Assembly: GCA_918797485.1 (NCBI GenBank)
Contig: CAKKNE010000005.1
Span: 1,116,001-1,180,000 of the forward strand
Direction of reading: 5' to 3'
DNA length: 64,000 bases
From: Pelagomonas calceolata
Lineage: Eukaryota
Below, piece after piece: positions 39,051-50,427 of the stretch (positions within the stretch are counted from its first letter, which is position 1; every line of letters starts with the position of its first letter). The position numbers and the translations under genes were made by a program. The notes under the pieces were generated by a model, which ran no database searches, had not been told where the DNA came from, and was given only the letters and a program-made list of their open reading frames with translations.

Positions 39051-40613
39051 ATGCAAGCCCTCGACCGCTGCCTCGGCGAAGCGACCACCGATGAGAACGC
39101 CCTCACCACCGCGCTGGCATTATTACCAACAACCGTCGCCTCGCTCGACGCGCAACAATACAATGAGGTACTAACAAAAGTAGCAGCGATCGACGACGAC
39201 GGGACCGTCGCGGCGCTCACGACACCATGCATACATCAAGCATCATCAGACCAGCTTGCAAAGGCGCCCGACGCGTTAGCAACTTGTGTCCAGAAGTGCC
39301 TCGCCGTCGAAGACAGCGCGTCATTATTGGCCTTCGTCGAGAAGCGGCGGGACTGCGGGTCTCAGTGCGCGGCGTTGCTCGAAAAGGCCGCTCAGAATCT
39401 AGCGGACCGCTGCTCCAAAGAAGCGGCGCCGGAGGCGTTGGAATTACTGGCTGCTTTGTTGGGGGCGTACGCCGACGTGCGCTGCAAGGCCGAGCCCCTG
39501 CAAAAGGCGTTGGGCGAGTCCGAGGCGCGTGTGAATGCTCAACGCTGCCTGGCCGTCCTCTGGAGTCGGGGCCCCGCCGATAGTTTCGCGGCCGCCGCCG
39601 CGGGCGTCCTGAGCAATCTCGAGGCGGCCGAGGCCGCGCCGGGCCCCGTCGCCGCGGCCGAGGCTTTAATTATGGCCGCGCGCACCCGCAAAGACGGCGC
39701 GCCGCTGCCCCTGCCGCGGCTGGTCCGAGCGGCGATGAAACATACAACGCTGATCCCTTCGTTGATGGATGCGCTGCCGGCGTCGATCACGCGGCGCCAC
39801 GGCCTGAGTTTAATGAAGGCAGCTTTGGGCGAGTGCCAGCGGACGCGGTGGCGCGACGCGCCGACCATAAGGGCCCTCGCGACCGTGAGTAGCGCCTTGG
39901 GCGCGGGAGGGGCCGAACTCGTCGACGACGCGGTCGCTCCTTTAATCAGAGCCGCCCTGGCGGCGTCGAGCCCGCGCGCGCCGACGGACGAGGCGCCGCC
40001 GCCGGAGACGAAGAAACGAAAAAGGAGGCGGCCGCCGCGGCGCGCGCCGGCCAAGGCCCACTGGGACATTAGTGAGGCGGCACGCGCGGCGCTCGACGCC
40101 ATCTCTGTGATTGTGCACGCGTGCGGGCCGCGCCTCCGCGACCGGGCTTTGGTGGAACGCGCCGGCGCCGCGCTCCTCGACCACGCCCCTCTGGACCTGC
40201 GCCGCGCTACGTTAAATCTCGCCGCGGCGCTCGTCGCGGCGCCGCTGGACGGGCAGCGGAGCCCCCTCCTGGTCGCGGCGCGCGCGGCGGCCGTCGCGGC
40301 GCACGATACGGTCGAGACGCGCGCCGCGGCGTACCGCCTGCAGGCGGCCTGCGACGCGGTGCTGCGGCCGCGCTGCGCGCCGCTCGCGCCGCCGCGGATC
40401 GCGGCGCCGCCCGCGCGCGGCGACCTCCTCGCGGCGCTCTTCCCCGGCGACGACGCGTCCGCGTCCGACGACGACGGCGCGGCGGAGGCGGCGCCGCCGC
40501 CGCCAGCGCCGCCGGCGCCGCCGGCGCCGCCGGCCGCGCCGCCCGCCGCGCCGCCGGTCGCCGCGCCGCCGGTCGCGGACGACGACGACGAGTTTCCGGA
40601 AATTATCACATAA
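39051..40613 (+). CDS. Rix1/PELP1-like helical protein
   Basis: CDAVLRPRCAPL resembles the Rix1 HPRxPPL motif; Pro/acidic tail ending DDEFPEII. Confidence 0.55.
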   Translation: MQALDRCLGEATTDENALTTALALLPTTVASLDAQQYNEVLTKVAAIDDDGTVAALTTPCIHQASSDQLAKAPDALATCVQKCLAVEDSASLLAFVEKRRDCGSQCAALLEKAAQNLADRCSKEAAPEALELLAALLGAYADVRCKAEPLQKALGESEARVNAQRCLAVLWSRGPADSFAAAAAGVLSNLEAAEAAPGPVAAAEALIMAARTRKDGAPLPLPRLVRAAMKHTTLIPSLMDALPASITRRHGLSLMKAALGECQRTRWRDAPTIRALATVSSALGAGGAELVDDAVAPLIRAALAASSPRAPTDEAPPPETKKRKRRRPPRRAPAKAHWDISEAARAALDAISVIVHACGPRLRDRALVERAGAALLDHAPLDLRRATLNLAAALVAAPLDGQRSPLLVAARAAAVAAHDTVETRAAAYRLQAACDAVLRPRCAPLAPPRIAAPPARGDLLAALFPGDDASASDDDGAAEAAPPPPAPPAPPAPPAAPPAAPPVAAPPVADDDDEFPEIIT

Positions 40614-40614
40614 C

Positions 40615-43600
40615 TTAGACATTCACGTGGGGAGTCATCTGCTTGATGCACGACGTGGCGTCGGCGCCCATGTAGTGCTGGCAGAACGCCTTGAGTTTTT
40701 GCACGGGGTCCTCGCCCTCGTAGAGCTCGAAGGCGATCTCCCTTCCGTCGTCGACCCGTATCGGGAGCGATAGGAGGGGTCGCGCCGGCTCCGGCTCGGG
40801 TCCCATGACATGCTGCTTCAATTGTTCGATACAGGACGCGTCGCCGCCCATCGACGCGGAACAGAACGCCACGATCTTCTGCAGCGGGTCTTCGCCTTCC
40901 AAGAGCGTAAAGATGAACTCGCGCCCGTCGTCGAGGCGGATCGGTAACGACACGAGAAGCTTGGCCGGTTCAGGCTCGGGGGCCGCAGCGCCGGCTTGGG
41001 CGGCCTGGGCGACGACGGCTGGCCCCAGCTGCTCGACGCACGAGGACGCGTCGCTCACCATGTGCGCTTGACAAAACGCTTGGACCTTCGCCATCGCGTC
41101 CTCGCCCTCGAGCAGCGTGAAAGTAAATTCCCGGTTGTCATCGACCTTGATGGGCAAGGACACGAGGACACCCTTGGGCGGTTGAGGCTTCTCCGGCTCC
41201 GGCTCGGCTCCCCCACCGGCGACGACGACGTGCTGCGTCAATTGCTCGACACAGGCCGCGGCTTCGGTGCCCATGTGTCTCCCACAAAACTCGAAGAGCT
41301 TCTGCATCGGGTCCTCGCCCTCGAGGACCTCCAGAGTATGCTCGGCGTCCCCCACCGCGATCGGCAGCGAAACTAAAACCTTCCGCGTGGCGGCCGCGGC
41401 ACGGTCCGCCTCGGCGCGCGCCGCCTCCAGTCGCTGGATCTCGATCCGTTCCGCCTCCGCGCGTTCGGCCTCCAGCCGCTCGGCCTCACGAGCCGCTTCC
41501 AAACGTTCGGCCTCCTCGCGAGCGAGGCGTGCCGCTTCCTCGGCGGCGACGCGGTCGGCCTCCCTTCGAGAAGAGTCCGGGTCCGCCTCGTCCAGGAACC
41601 GCGCCGTCAATGAATTGATGCAAGATGAATCGCCCATGTGCACCTTACAGAACTCCGCGATCTTCAATCGATGGTCTTCTCCACTAAAAACGTCCAGGAA
41701 GTATTCCCTGCCGTTCACGTGCACCGGTAGCGACACGATGAGCTCGGGCGCCGTCTCGACGAATTCCGTAGCGACCCGGCGATGCAACCACGCACCTTCC
41801 GCTTCAGAGAAATCGACCGTTCGCCCGGGCCACAATGAGCCACCTTCGGACTCGCCAAAGGCGACGTGCGTCCGCCCGTTCAGCACGGCTAAACCCATGG
41901 CGAAGCCTTGCGCGAGGCCAAACCACGACTTATAGTCGTAATCAACGGAACAGGGGACGTACGCGACCCACCTCGCTTCCCCGCCCGGTCCGGCGGGCGG
42001 CAGCACCACTACACTGTCTACTTCCACGAGTCGCGCCTCCACGCCTTGTCTGGGGGGTAGTTCGGACGGACAGTGCAGCGACGGCCTCTTGCCTGGTTCT
42101 CTGAGTTGTTCCGATAACTTACGAGCTTGCAGCACGGCGTCGACGGCGTCGCGCTCGACGCGGTGTGATAAAGAGAGAACCAATTGATCAGCAGCATTTC
42201 GAGCCGAAGAGGCAATCGACGCCATTGTGTTAGAAGGGTCCAACGCATTCAACAACTCGTTCGCCTCGCGGTCCTCCCTGACGGCGTCATCATAACGCTG
42301 TTGTAACGTTTCGATGTCCTCTCGTTCCAGGGCCGGCGCGCTCACTTGCACGACGGCCGCCGCCGCTAAGGCTTCCTCAAGTATTTCAGAAGCCGTGTCC
42401 AATTCCTTCTGCGCACTATGTAGGGCAGACTCCGCTGAATTGAGGTCCCTCAGCTTCTCCTCCGAGGGCCGGTGCAAAGCGTAGCCCTTCGAATCCGCGA
42501 GAAGAGCGCCCCTTCTAGCTGCAGTAGTGTTCCGCGACGCGACGACGGCGTCCAACGACGCTAGCTCCGCGGCTCTACGATACTCAGCATCCAATTTGTC
42601 AGTCGCCTGCGCCATGAGCAGCTGCGCCGACGTGCGAAAGGCGTCCGCTTTTGAGCCATTCCCGTCGCTTTTAAGGATCTCCGAATACGTATTGATGGTC
42701 GCATTCGTCGAAATATTGTTCAGGGGGTCATTTTCCACACTTTTGGCGGTGGCACCGACCTCGGACATCACTGTAGCTAAATCTTCTAGTCTTGCTCGAG
42801 CATAGCCTTCCCTGATACCCTCATCCGCGTCTCTAGATGAATTTTCTACTTTCTGGGCCGCCGGGAGCCAGGTGTCTCTGACATGTTCCAACCGGTCGGA
42901 CGCGGCATCATACTTAGCTCGTAGCTCGGCGACCCGCGCTTTCAACTCATACCGCAGTAACGACCAGGGCGGGCACATCAGTTCAATCCTCTCAAAGGTC
43001 CAGTTCGCCGGTCTCACTATACGAACGTCGTCCTGTTTCACGCGACAGCCCTCAAACGCTCTCAAAACCATGAGCTCATGGGCCGGCGAGTCGTATCTCA
43101 GTGAAGCCCAGTGGACCACCCCAAAGCGCGAGATGTACTGCCCCGCTTTCGTCTGGGCCCTCCTTAGGAGCGCATCGACGGCTTTGGCCGCTTCTTTCAC
43201 TCTGTTGTCCTTCGACCGCAGCTCGGTATGAGACGACGTCAGATCCTTCCCCAACAACGTAAGAGCTCTTTGTAGCGCTTCCCGCTCCTTCTTCGTGGCA
43301 TTCGACGTGACGTGATGCGCTTTCCCGTACACGAAGGGCGCGATCAGGGTTTTATGGGCGTAGGTCTCCTTGCGAGCCAACCGAGGCAACTTCTTGAATC
43401 TCAACTCCAGCGTCTTGGAACCGCTCACGGCCTCCTCCCAGTCTTCTCGAGCGACGTCGGCCTTGTGTTGAAACGGTTCTTCTTTCAGGAAGGCGCTGCC
43501 CAGCAAGCCGAGCTGTTCGTCCAACCTGTGTGGCAATCAACCAGTGCGACGGGTGCACGTGCTGGCTCTGTCGAGCGGTGAGGAACCGGCATCGCCACGC

Positions 43601-44781
43601 CATCGAGCAGGCGTCGCGTCGATGGCGTGGAGGACGAACGCGCCGTAAAACTTTGATTTCCACACAGCATCCAACCACTTCCGGTCCTCGTTATCGCAGC
43701 GCAAATGCGGTCGCTTCAAAGTAGCATCACAGAGCCCGCTCACCGTATCTCGTAGATGCGACCTTACGGACCGATCGGCCTCCTCGTTCTCGCGGCGCGT
43801 CTGTGCTAAAGTGGCCAGCAAAGCCTCTTCACGAGCCTTATGTTGCGCGATGGCCGGTGCGATGGCGTCGCTACCCTTCCTCGCTTCTTTGAGGCGTTCC
43901 TCGCAGATGGCGACCTGCTGCTCGGCCTTGTCGCGCCGTCGCAACGCGCCCGTAACGTTCGCGCGTTCGTACGCGTGTCGAGCCGCTTCTCGTTCCGACG
44001 GCGCGAGGTCATTCTCGAGCGTAGCCTTCTTCAGGGTCTGGAAGGTGTGATAAGCCCGTCTTCTAGCAAGAGCCCAATTTGACAAGGGTGACGACTGGAG
44101 TAGACGAAGCGCGCGTAAACTTCCGGACACTACGCGGGCGTCGACCTTCGTCCTTCTAGCGCGCACGGCCACAGCTGACAACCGCAGAAACGCCGCCAGA
44201 GCGTCCGGCTTCCAGGACGCGCGCTCGCAGGCCTGGGAGCCATTTGTTAACAGTGCTTTTTCTGCTTCATCGGCGACTTGCGCCACGGAATAGACCTCCG
44301 ACCGCCGCGCGCCTTCGAGGGCGTCCACTATGGATGGAATGGCTTCGTCGGGCAGGCCTCTTACTTTAGCGAAGCGCTTGGCTGCTTCTTCACAAGCTTC
44401 TCCCGCGACCACATGTGCAGCGGTGTTGCCCCCATCGACCTGGACGACGACGGACGCGCCCGGAGGTCGCGCGTTGACGGCCTCCAAGGCGCTTTGCGCT
44501 TCCACCGCATTGCTTTCTAGACGAATGGAAGCAGCTTGGGCCTTCGCCGTCGCGCGGATGGCCGCCCAACAGGCGCCCCTTCTTCCCTTCCCGCTAATGC
44601 GCCATAACGACGACGGCGGTTGTGCGATGGTGACGTTGCCTCGCCGCAAAGGCCGCGGCTGGACGACGCGGCCCGTGACGAGCAGGGCGTCCCCACTGCT
44701 GCGGTCGCCTCTGACACATTTCTCCAGCTGCGCGGCGTCGAGGGCCGCTTGTGTCGATGTGAGGAGCAGGAGGAGCAGCAT
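40615..44781 (-). CDS. Large secreted coiled-coil protein with five C-terminal ~60-aa repeats; 2 exons (44781-43676, 43525-40615)
   Basis: Signal peptide; two same-frame ORFs joined by a 150-nt intron (KW|LDEQL); repeats LVSLPIxxD..LEGED...FC..HMG....C..QL. Confidence 0.85.
43526..43667. mobile_element. Introner (non-autonomous DNA transposon forming intron 43675-43526)
   Basis: 15-bp TIR CTGTGTGGCAATCAA / TTGATTTCCACACAG (1 mismatch); 8-bp TSD CGTCCAAC / CATCCAAC. Confidence 0.92.
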
Positions 44782-45080
44782 GGCTTTATTTCATCGTCTC
44801 GGCAGCCCTGCTTTTTCGATGTTGTGAGAGTGTGGAAGAAGATGGAGGCAATAGCTTGTGAGGTAGTGCCGTTCGCTGGCTCTATCGGAGCAGCAGCGAG
44901 CCGCACGGGGGGCTGCCGTGCCTTTGCGATTTTGCTAGCGTCACATGGGTGCTAGCTTTTCGAGCGCTACGAGTAGCGCAGGGCTTTTGCGCGCCGCACG
45001 GCTGCCCCTCGCATCGCTTTGATCGCTTCGAGGCTGCCCGGGCGCGCACCGCATCGCTTGGAGGCTGCCGCGTCGCACCG

Positions 45081-46262
45081 ATGGCGGCGCAGGAGCTCGG
45101 GGCCGACGCGGCGGTCGCGTCGGACCTCGCGAGCCAGGCGACGGCGCCGTCGCACGTCCTGGATTCCGAATCACAACTCTCGCAACCCTCCGTGCGCTCG
45201 ACGACGGCGGCGAACGAGCTCGAAGCTGAGGCGGAGCTCGCGGCCGAGCCCGAGCCCGAGCCCGAGCCCGACGAGGCCGCGGCGGAGCCCGACACGTTCG
45301 GCGACTTTGAAACGAGCGACGCGCCCTACGTCATACCGGCCTTCCAGGCGAAGGCCGAGCCCGTCAAAGACGCCGACAAGAAGAAGTGGAAGAGTCATAA
45401 CGCGCAGCGCAAGAAAGAAAAAAAGGACCTCATACCCTTCGAGGTCTGGCTCGCGAACAAGAAGGACCAAGAGGAACGCAAGAAGAAGGCCAAGTTCGTC
45501 GCGATGATGGGCGGCACGGTCAAGGACTCGCCCGAGAAGCAGCGAGCGCTCCAGCACACGCCCGCGAAGGGCACTCCAGCTTACGCCAAATTCCTGAAGC
45601 TGGGCGGCGACTTCCTGCAAGGCATGGAAGACGCCGTGGAAGATCTAGCAAAGGGCCCGTCGTCGCCCGGCGGCGCCTCGGACACGTCGATCACGCAGGA
45701 CGAGATCGATCGCATCGAGGCCATGTGTCACAACCACATGCACATTGGCAACTTGCGAGCGCTGCTGCGGAAGCTGAACGTATCATACACGGTGCTTGGG
45801 GATAGAAGCAACCAGCTCCAGTTACTCGATAAATGTTATGCCATGGACAACAAGTTGTATGGCCGAGATCCGGAGGAGATAAGCTTGTGCATGTGCAACC
45901 TGGCCCAATGCTATGCGGCGCTCGGGGCGTATTCGAAGAAACGGAAACTGTTAGAAAAGGCTTTGGTCATGCAGGAAAAGCTATTTGGAAGGCATTCGCC
46001 CGTCTTGGCACCGTTATGCATGGACATTGCGCAGTGCTGCGAAAAACTTGATGATCAAGAGAGGAGGCGCACGCTCGTCGAGAAGGCCCGGGACATCTGG
46101 ACGAAGGAATACGGGCCGGACGACGCCAACGTCGCCTGGTGCGCGTCCATCCTGGCGGAGTTCCCGGAACGGGAAGAACACGCGGAAATCGATCCCGAGG
46201 CGGCCTACTGGGCCCACGAGCGGGAGCGGCTGCGGGCGTCGGGGGTGTGTGCCATAACGTGA
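45081..46262 (+). CDS. TPR protein (kinesin-light-chain-like repeats)
   Basis: LYGRDPEE..NLAQCY, LFGRHSP, EYGPDDANVA; first ATG at 45081. Confidence 0.8.
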   Translation: MAAQELGADAAVASDLASQATAPSHVLDSESQLSQPSVRSTTAANELEAEAELAAEPEPEPEPDEAAAEPDTFGDFETSDAPYVIPAFQAKAEPVKDADKKKWKSHNAQRKKEKKDLIPFEVWLANKKDQEERKKKAKFVAMMGGTVKDSPEKQRALQHTPAKGTPAYAKFLKLGGDFLQGMEDAVEDLAKGPSSPGGASDTSITQDEIDRIEAMCHNHMHIGNLRALLRKLNVSYTVLGDRSNQLQLLDKCYAMDNKLYGRDPEEISLCMCNLAQCYAALGAYSKKRKLLEKALVMQEKLFGRHSPVLAPLCMDIAQCCEKLDDQERRRTLVEKARDIWTKEYGPDDANVAWCASILAEFPEREEHAEIDPEAAYWAHERERLRASGVCAIT

Positions 46263-46384
46263 GTTAAGGTAGGTGTGGGTTGATGCCGGGAAGTACTCCG
46301 GGGGGGTCGATCCGGTAGAAAAAAAACGGGTTTTTCAACCAAACCTTTTTTGTTGAGTGAAGCCGCATAGCACACGCAATCGTG

Positions 46385-47266
46385 ATGGCGATGCCACCGG
46401 AAATCGGTCATGCTTGCGCTCACGGTCAGGTGGGCGTGGTGGAGGCCTGGCTCAACTCAGACTCAGCACACCACCCTGATATTGCGGACGACCACTGGCC
46501 CACCGACCTCCTGTTCACAGCGGTTCAAAATCCACTGGACCGTGACGACATGATTCGGATGCTGATAGCTAAGGGCGCTACTGTGGACCAGCGCGATGAC
46601 CGTGGCTGGACGCCCCTCATGCACGCGGCGTCATTAGCAAACTTCTGCACCATGGAACTATTAATTGACACGTACGGGGCGAACATCCACGCCGAATTAC
46701 ACGACGGGTACACCGTGCTAATGATTGCAGTTGAGAATGGATGGCATAGCGATCTCACCCCCGAAGGTGTCCTGTTCCTTCTGCGCCAGGCAGTGTATCA
46801 ATCTATGTCTATATGCTCTCGAGAAAGTGGTCCTCGGCGCCTTCTCTATTCTCTGACTACTTGATTTCCGCACAGGCGCCGCGGTGCGAAATGCGACCTG
46901 CGTAACGATCGAGGTGACGATGCCGAAGCGATAGCGGCACGAAATCATCAAATAACCCAGTTCGTCCTCGCGGAAGTCAAAGCCGGTGGCGGCTGCATCA
47001 AGAAATACCTTCGGGAGCCGATTATCAGTTTGAACTGTCTCCGCGTGCTCTGCGAGCGAGGCCGCGCGACGGCGCCGTCAGGCTTCCTTGCGACGCTGAT
47101 GGGCCCCAAACTCCCTCGGGAGTTGTTCGTTCACGTTCTCTCGTTCTGGCGTTCCGCACGCGCCCTTGACGATAGGTCCTTCGATCGAGTACGGGGACGG
47201 TATTTGCCGACCCGGTACGATTACTGGTATTCTTATGAGGCACCTGACGAGGTTATCATGGGCTAA
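46385..47266 (+). CDS. Ankyrin-repeat protein, 2 exons (46385-46782, 46876-47266)
   Basis: GWTPLMHAA, GYTVLMIAV; splicing gives LFLL|RRGAKCDLRN and continues into LRVLCERGRA...VLSFW. Confidence 0.82.
46783..46875 (+). mobile_element. Decayed introner, 93-nt GC-AG intron
   Basis: 3' end TTGATTTCCGCACAG matches the TIR at 43653-43667; partial TSD GCGCCAGG / GCGCCGCG. Confidence 0.7.
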
Positions 47267-47293
47267 TATGCATAAGTACAAATACACAACAAT

Positions 47294-49063
47294 TTACCCG
47301 AGCGCCCGCTTCACGCGGAGCCGCTCGCCCGCCTTGAGCCCGACCTCGCGGAGCAGGTCCATCAAATCGCCCGCGCGGTGCGCTTCCAGGATCGCTTCCA
47401 AATCAATCTCCTCGTCCTCGAAGGCGTCTACCTTATCACCGAGCCGCGCCGCCTCCAGCAAATCCCGGAGCGACGCCGGCTCCTCCGAGGGCGGCGGCTC
47501 CGGCGCTTTCGACGGCGACGCCGGCGGCACGAAGCGCTGGATGGGCATAGCGCGCCTTTCAGGAGCCGCCGTCGCGGACCGCGCCTGCACGACGTCGGGC
47601 GGCGGCGCCACATCCACTGATGCGGCGGGCACGGCGTATTTGGTCTCGAGGCGCTGCATGAGCTCCGACGCGCGAGACGACCGGCGCTCCGGCGACTCTG
47701 GAGAGGGCGCTTTGTACGCATCAGGCGCGCGCCAGGCCGGCAAGGCGTCATCCGAAACCAACTCCGCGGCGGCCGCCGCGAGTCTCCGGGGATCCGCGCC
47801 GGGCTTGGCCGCGGGGTGACCCCGCTGATGTAACCTCTCAAGAGACGCGATCAGATCAGGACCTTTCTCCGACGTGCTCAGCTCCGCCTTCAGCGCCTCG
47901 AGACTCCGCTCCAACTCATGGGACCGCGCAAACACGTCGACGACCGCGTGCTCGCGCATGTCCGCGATGGCCCGCGCTTCCTCCGCCCTTCTCGCGAAGT
48001 CATCGAGTTTCGCCTCGACGGCCTTGAGGTCCTCGAGAGCTTTCCTTTCATCCGCCGCGGCACCCGATACCGTTTTAGCGTGCTCCTGCCTCCGAAATTC
48101 CGCCATGACCGGGTCCTCGGTCTCCTCGAACTGTCGAGCTTCCTCGGCACCACCATCAATCCTATCGTGCAAGACTCGCGTCTCGAAGTCGAAGAGCGCC
48201 TGTTCCTTCAACTCACAGACCTGGAAGTCTTGCAACGACGACGCCCAGGCCGCCGCCGCTGCGCGAGAGCGGAACACGGCCACCTTGTGGGCGTTCGTCT
48301 CGACCAGGGAGCCTCGTTCATCAACAACGACCCACCGCCACTTCCTCACTTCTTGCTGGGCCAGCTCTGTGGACGGTAGGTCGCCGTCCAACGCTCTCAA
48401 CACGTTCTCTCGTCCTAAGTCAAGAGCGACGTGCCGCGGCGAGCGCTGCTGGTCGTCTTCCGCGTCCGGGTCCGCGCCATGTCGCACCAATATAGAAGCG
48501 ACGCGCGCGTTGCCGTCGATACAGGCGTAGTGCAAAGCTGTTCTTCCTGCTTTATCTCTCAGATGGACGTCGGAACCCATCCGCAGCAACTCCTCGGCAC
48601 TCCGCGCCGCGCCGGACTCCGCAGATAGGGAGAGCGCGTGGCGCCCGTCCCGGTCGACGGCGTCGATGGCAAAATCACGCCCGCCCCACTTCTGGAGCGC
48701 GAAGCAGCAGTTCGCTCTATCGGAAGCCGCCGCCGCGTGGAGCGCCGTGCGGCCGGACGCGTCCTCCGCCGTCACGGCCGCGCCTCCTCGCAATAACGTC
48801 GCGACGGCGCCGTCCGAGCCCCGGATGCAGGCGAGGTGCAGCGCCGCGAGGCCGTCGGCCGGGCGCCTGGCGTCGAGATCTACTTTCTCTGAACAAGTAG
48901 CCCGCAGGACCTCGAGCTGTCCTTTTTCGGCGGCCGTCCAGAGCCGCTCCTGCGGCGTTGTCTGTTCTTCTTCTTGAGGACGCGTGGAGCGCTGGCTCCG
49001 GCTCGCTTCGGCGACGGCGGCGTCGAGCGCTTCGTGTTTTTTGGTCGTGAGGAGGTGGCTCAT
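47294..49063 (-). CDS. Ankyrin repeats + coiled coil + C-terminal SAM domain
   Basis: GRTALHAAA, GRTALHYAC; LLEAARL...FEDEEIDL...LREVGLKAGERLRV. Confidence 0.88.
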   Translation of the reverse strand: MSHLLTTKKHEALDAAVAEASRSQRSTRPQEEEQTTPQERLWTAAEKGQLEVLRATCSEKVDLDARRPADGLAALHLACIRGSDGAVATLLRGGAAVTAEDASGRTALHAAAASDRANCCFALQKWGGRDFAIDAVDRDGRHALSLSAESGAARSAEELLRMGSDVHLRDKAGRTALHYACIDGNARVASILVRHGADPDAEDDQQRSPRHVALDLGRENVLRALDGDLPSTELAQQEVRKWRWVVVDERGSLVETNAHKVAVFRSRAAAAAWASSLQDFQVCELKEQALFDFETRVLHDRIDGGAEEARQFEETEDPVMAEFRRQEHAKTVSGAAADERKALEDLKAVEAKLDDFARRAEEARAIADMREHAVVDVFARSHELERSLEALKAELSTSEKGPDLIASLERLHQRGHPAAKPGADPRRLAAAAAELVSDDALPAWRAPDAYKAPSPESPERRSSRASELMQRLETKYAVPAASVDVAPPPDVVQARSATAAPERRAMPIQRFVPPASPSKAPEPPPSEEPASLRDLLEAARLGDKVDAFEDEEIDLEAILEAHRAGDLMDLLREVGLKAGERLRVKRALG

Positions 49064-49956
49064 GCCAGAGGGGCTCTCACAGGTTGTTGGAGCTGTGGCG
49101 CGGGCTGCGAGTTGTTACGCGTGGCCGCAGCGATGGATGGCGCTCAGATCCTCGCCAAATTGATTGTCGTCGCCACTGCGTATTACCGCGTCGATTTTTT
49201 TTTTTTTGCGCGCTGTGTGCTAGCGGTATGTAAGACACTAGGATCTGTACAGATCGATCTTGGTGCACACGAATTGTTCTTCACGCCGAAAGACGAGTGC
49301 GAGGACGATTCAAACGGGTTTGGATCAAGCACTGGAAACAGCAGAGACTGTGCTAAAGCACCATCTCGCGCTGAGGCTCGCCTTGCTATCCTAATTCTAT
49401 CTGGGGCCGACGACAAAGGCCGAACGTTGCTACCTTACCCGACGAGGGCTTACTCGAGTCTCAATTGTAGACCCCAACTGAGAGCGCTCTCGAAGAAGGC
49501 GCCATGTCCCTGGACTCTGGAACCCTGAAGGCCGATGTCGGCCTGCGCAAGAAGACGCCGGCCGACAAGGTGCGAGACGCCGGCGCGAATTTAAACGCGC
49601 GCTTCGCGAAGCTTCGCGGCGCGACGCCGGAGAGCCGCGCGCGCGCCGCGGGCGCGCGCTAGGCGGCGCGGCGCGCGACCCGGTCCTAGGCCGACCCACG
49701 ACCCACGACCACGAGCCCCTATCTAACCACTCCGACTCGGGCCCGCCGCCGATGAATCGGCGACGCGCGGTGTCTCCCCCCCAGGGGCTCCGCCCACTAG
49801 TCCTAGCACCGTAACATCGATGGGGACGCGAAGTGGAGTCGCAGTTGTAAGTTAGGGAGGGCGGCGCGGGGCGGGGCCCCGCCGCGGCGCCGGGGCGGCG
49901 GGTCTGGGTCGGTACAGCTCCAGACGTGCGGCGGCGAATTGGGGCCGGCGGGGCGC

Positions 49957-50427
49957 CTAGCGGCCGGTCATCTCGCAGGCCGCCGGGCCGCCGACGCCGT
50001 CCAAGTCTTTGTGCTCGTCGAGCCACTTCTGGGTGAAGGGCGGCGTGCAGCAGCCGGCGTTCGGCATGACCTGCAGGCCCGGGCAGCAGGGCAGGACGCA
50101 GACGGGCGCGGGCACGTACTCGTCGTCGAACGGCAACGCCGCCGCGCCCTTGAGGCAGAGGCAGCTCTGGCGGCCCTTGCAGCACACGGCCGGCGCCTTG
50201 AGCCCGCACGAGCAGCAACCGCAGCCGCAGTGGCAGATCTCGCCCTTGTCCTTGTCCGCCGCGATCGGGCCCGGGCCGAGGACGGCCTCGCCCGCCGCGC
50301 AGCAGTACTTGCCGAAGCAGCACAGCTCCTCGCCTTCCGAGACGCAGCAGACCTTGATGTCGGTGGGGTCGATGGCGATGTATGTGCACCCTAAGGCCTG
50401 TACGGTCATGTAGTCCTTGGGCGCCAT
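49957..50427 (-). CDS. Small cysteine-rich protein of unknown function
   Basis: ATG at 50427; dense CC motifs; GC3-rich codons. Confidence 0.78.
   Translation of the reverse strand: MAPKDYMTVQALGCTYIAIDPTDIKVCCVSEGEELCCFGKYCCAAGEAVLGPGPIAADKDKGEICHCGCGCCSCGLKAPAVCCKGRQSCLCLKGAAALPFDDEYVPAPVCVLPCCPGLQVMPNAGCCTPPFTQKWLDEHKDLDGVGGPAACEMTGR

Noticed and set aside
39539..40651. Long antisense or alternate-frame ORFs (also 10403-11305, 14543-15556, 49430-50722, 58012-58935)
   Set aside because: Shadow ORFs of GC-rich genes; Arg/Ala-rich with no domain motifs
43537..43539. Selenocysteine or stop read-through between same-frame ORFs (also 46862-46864)
   Set aside because: The TGA lies within an intron/introner TIR
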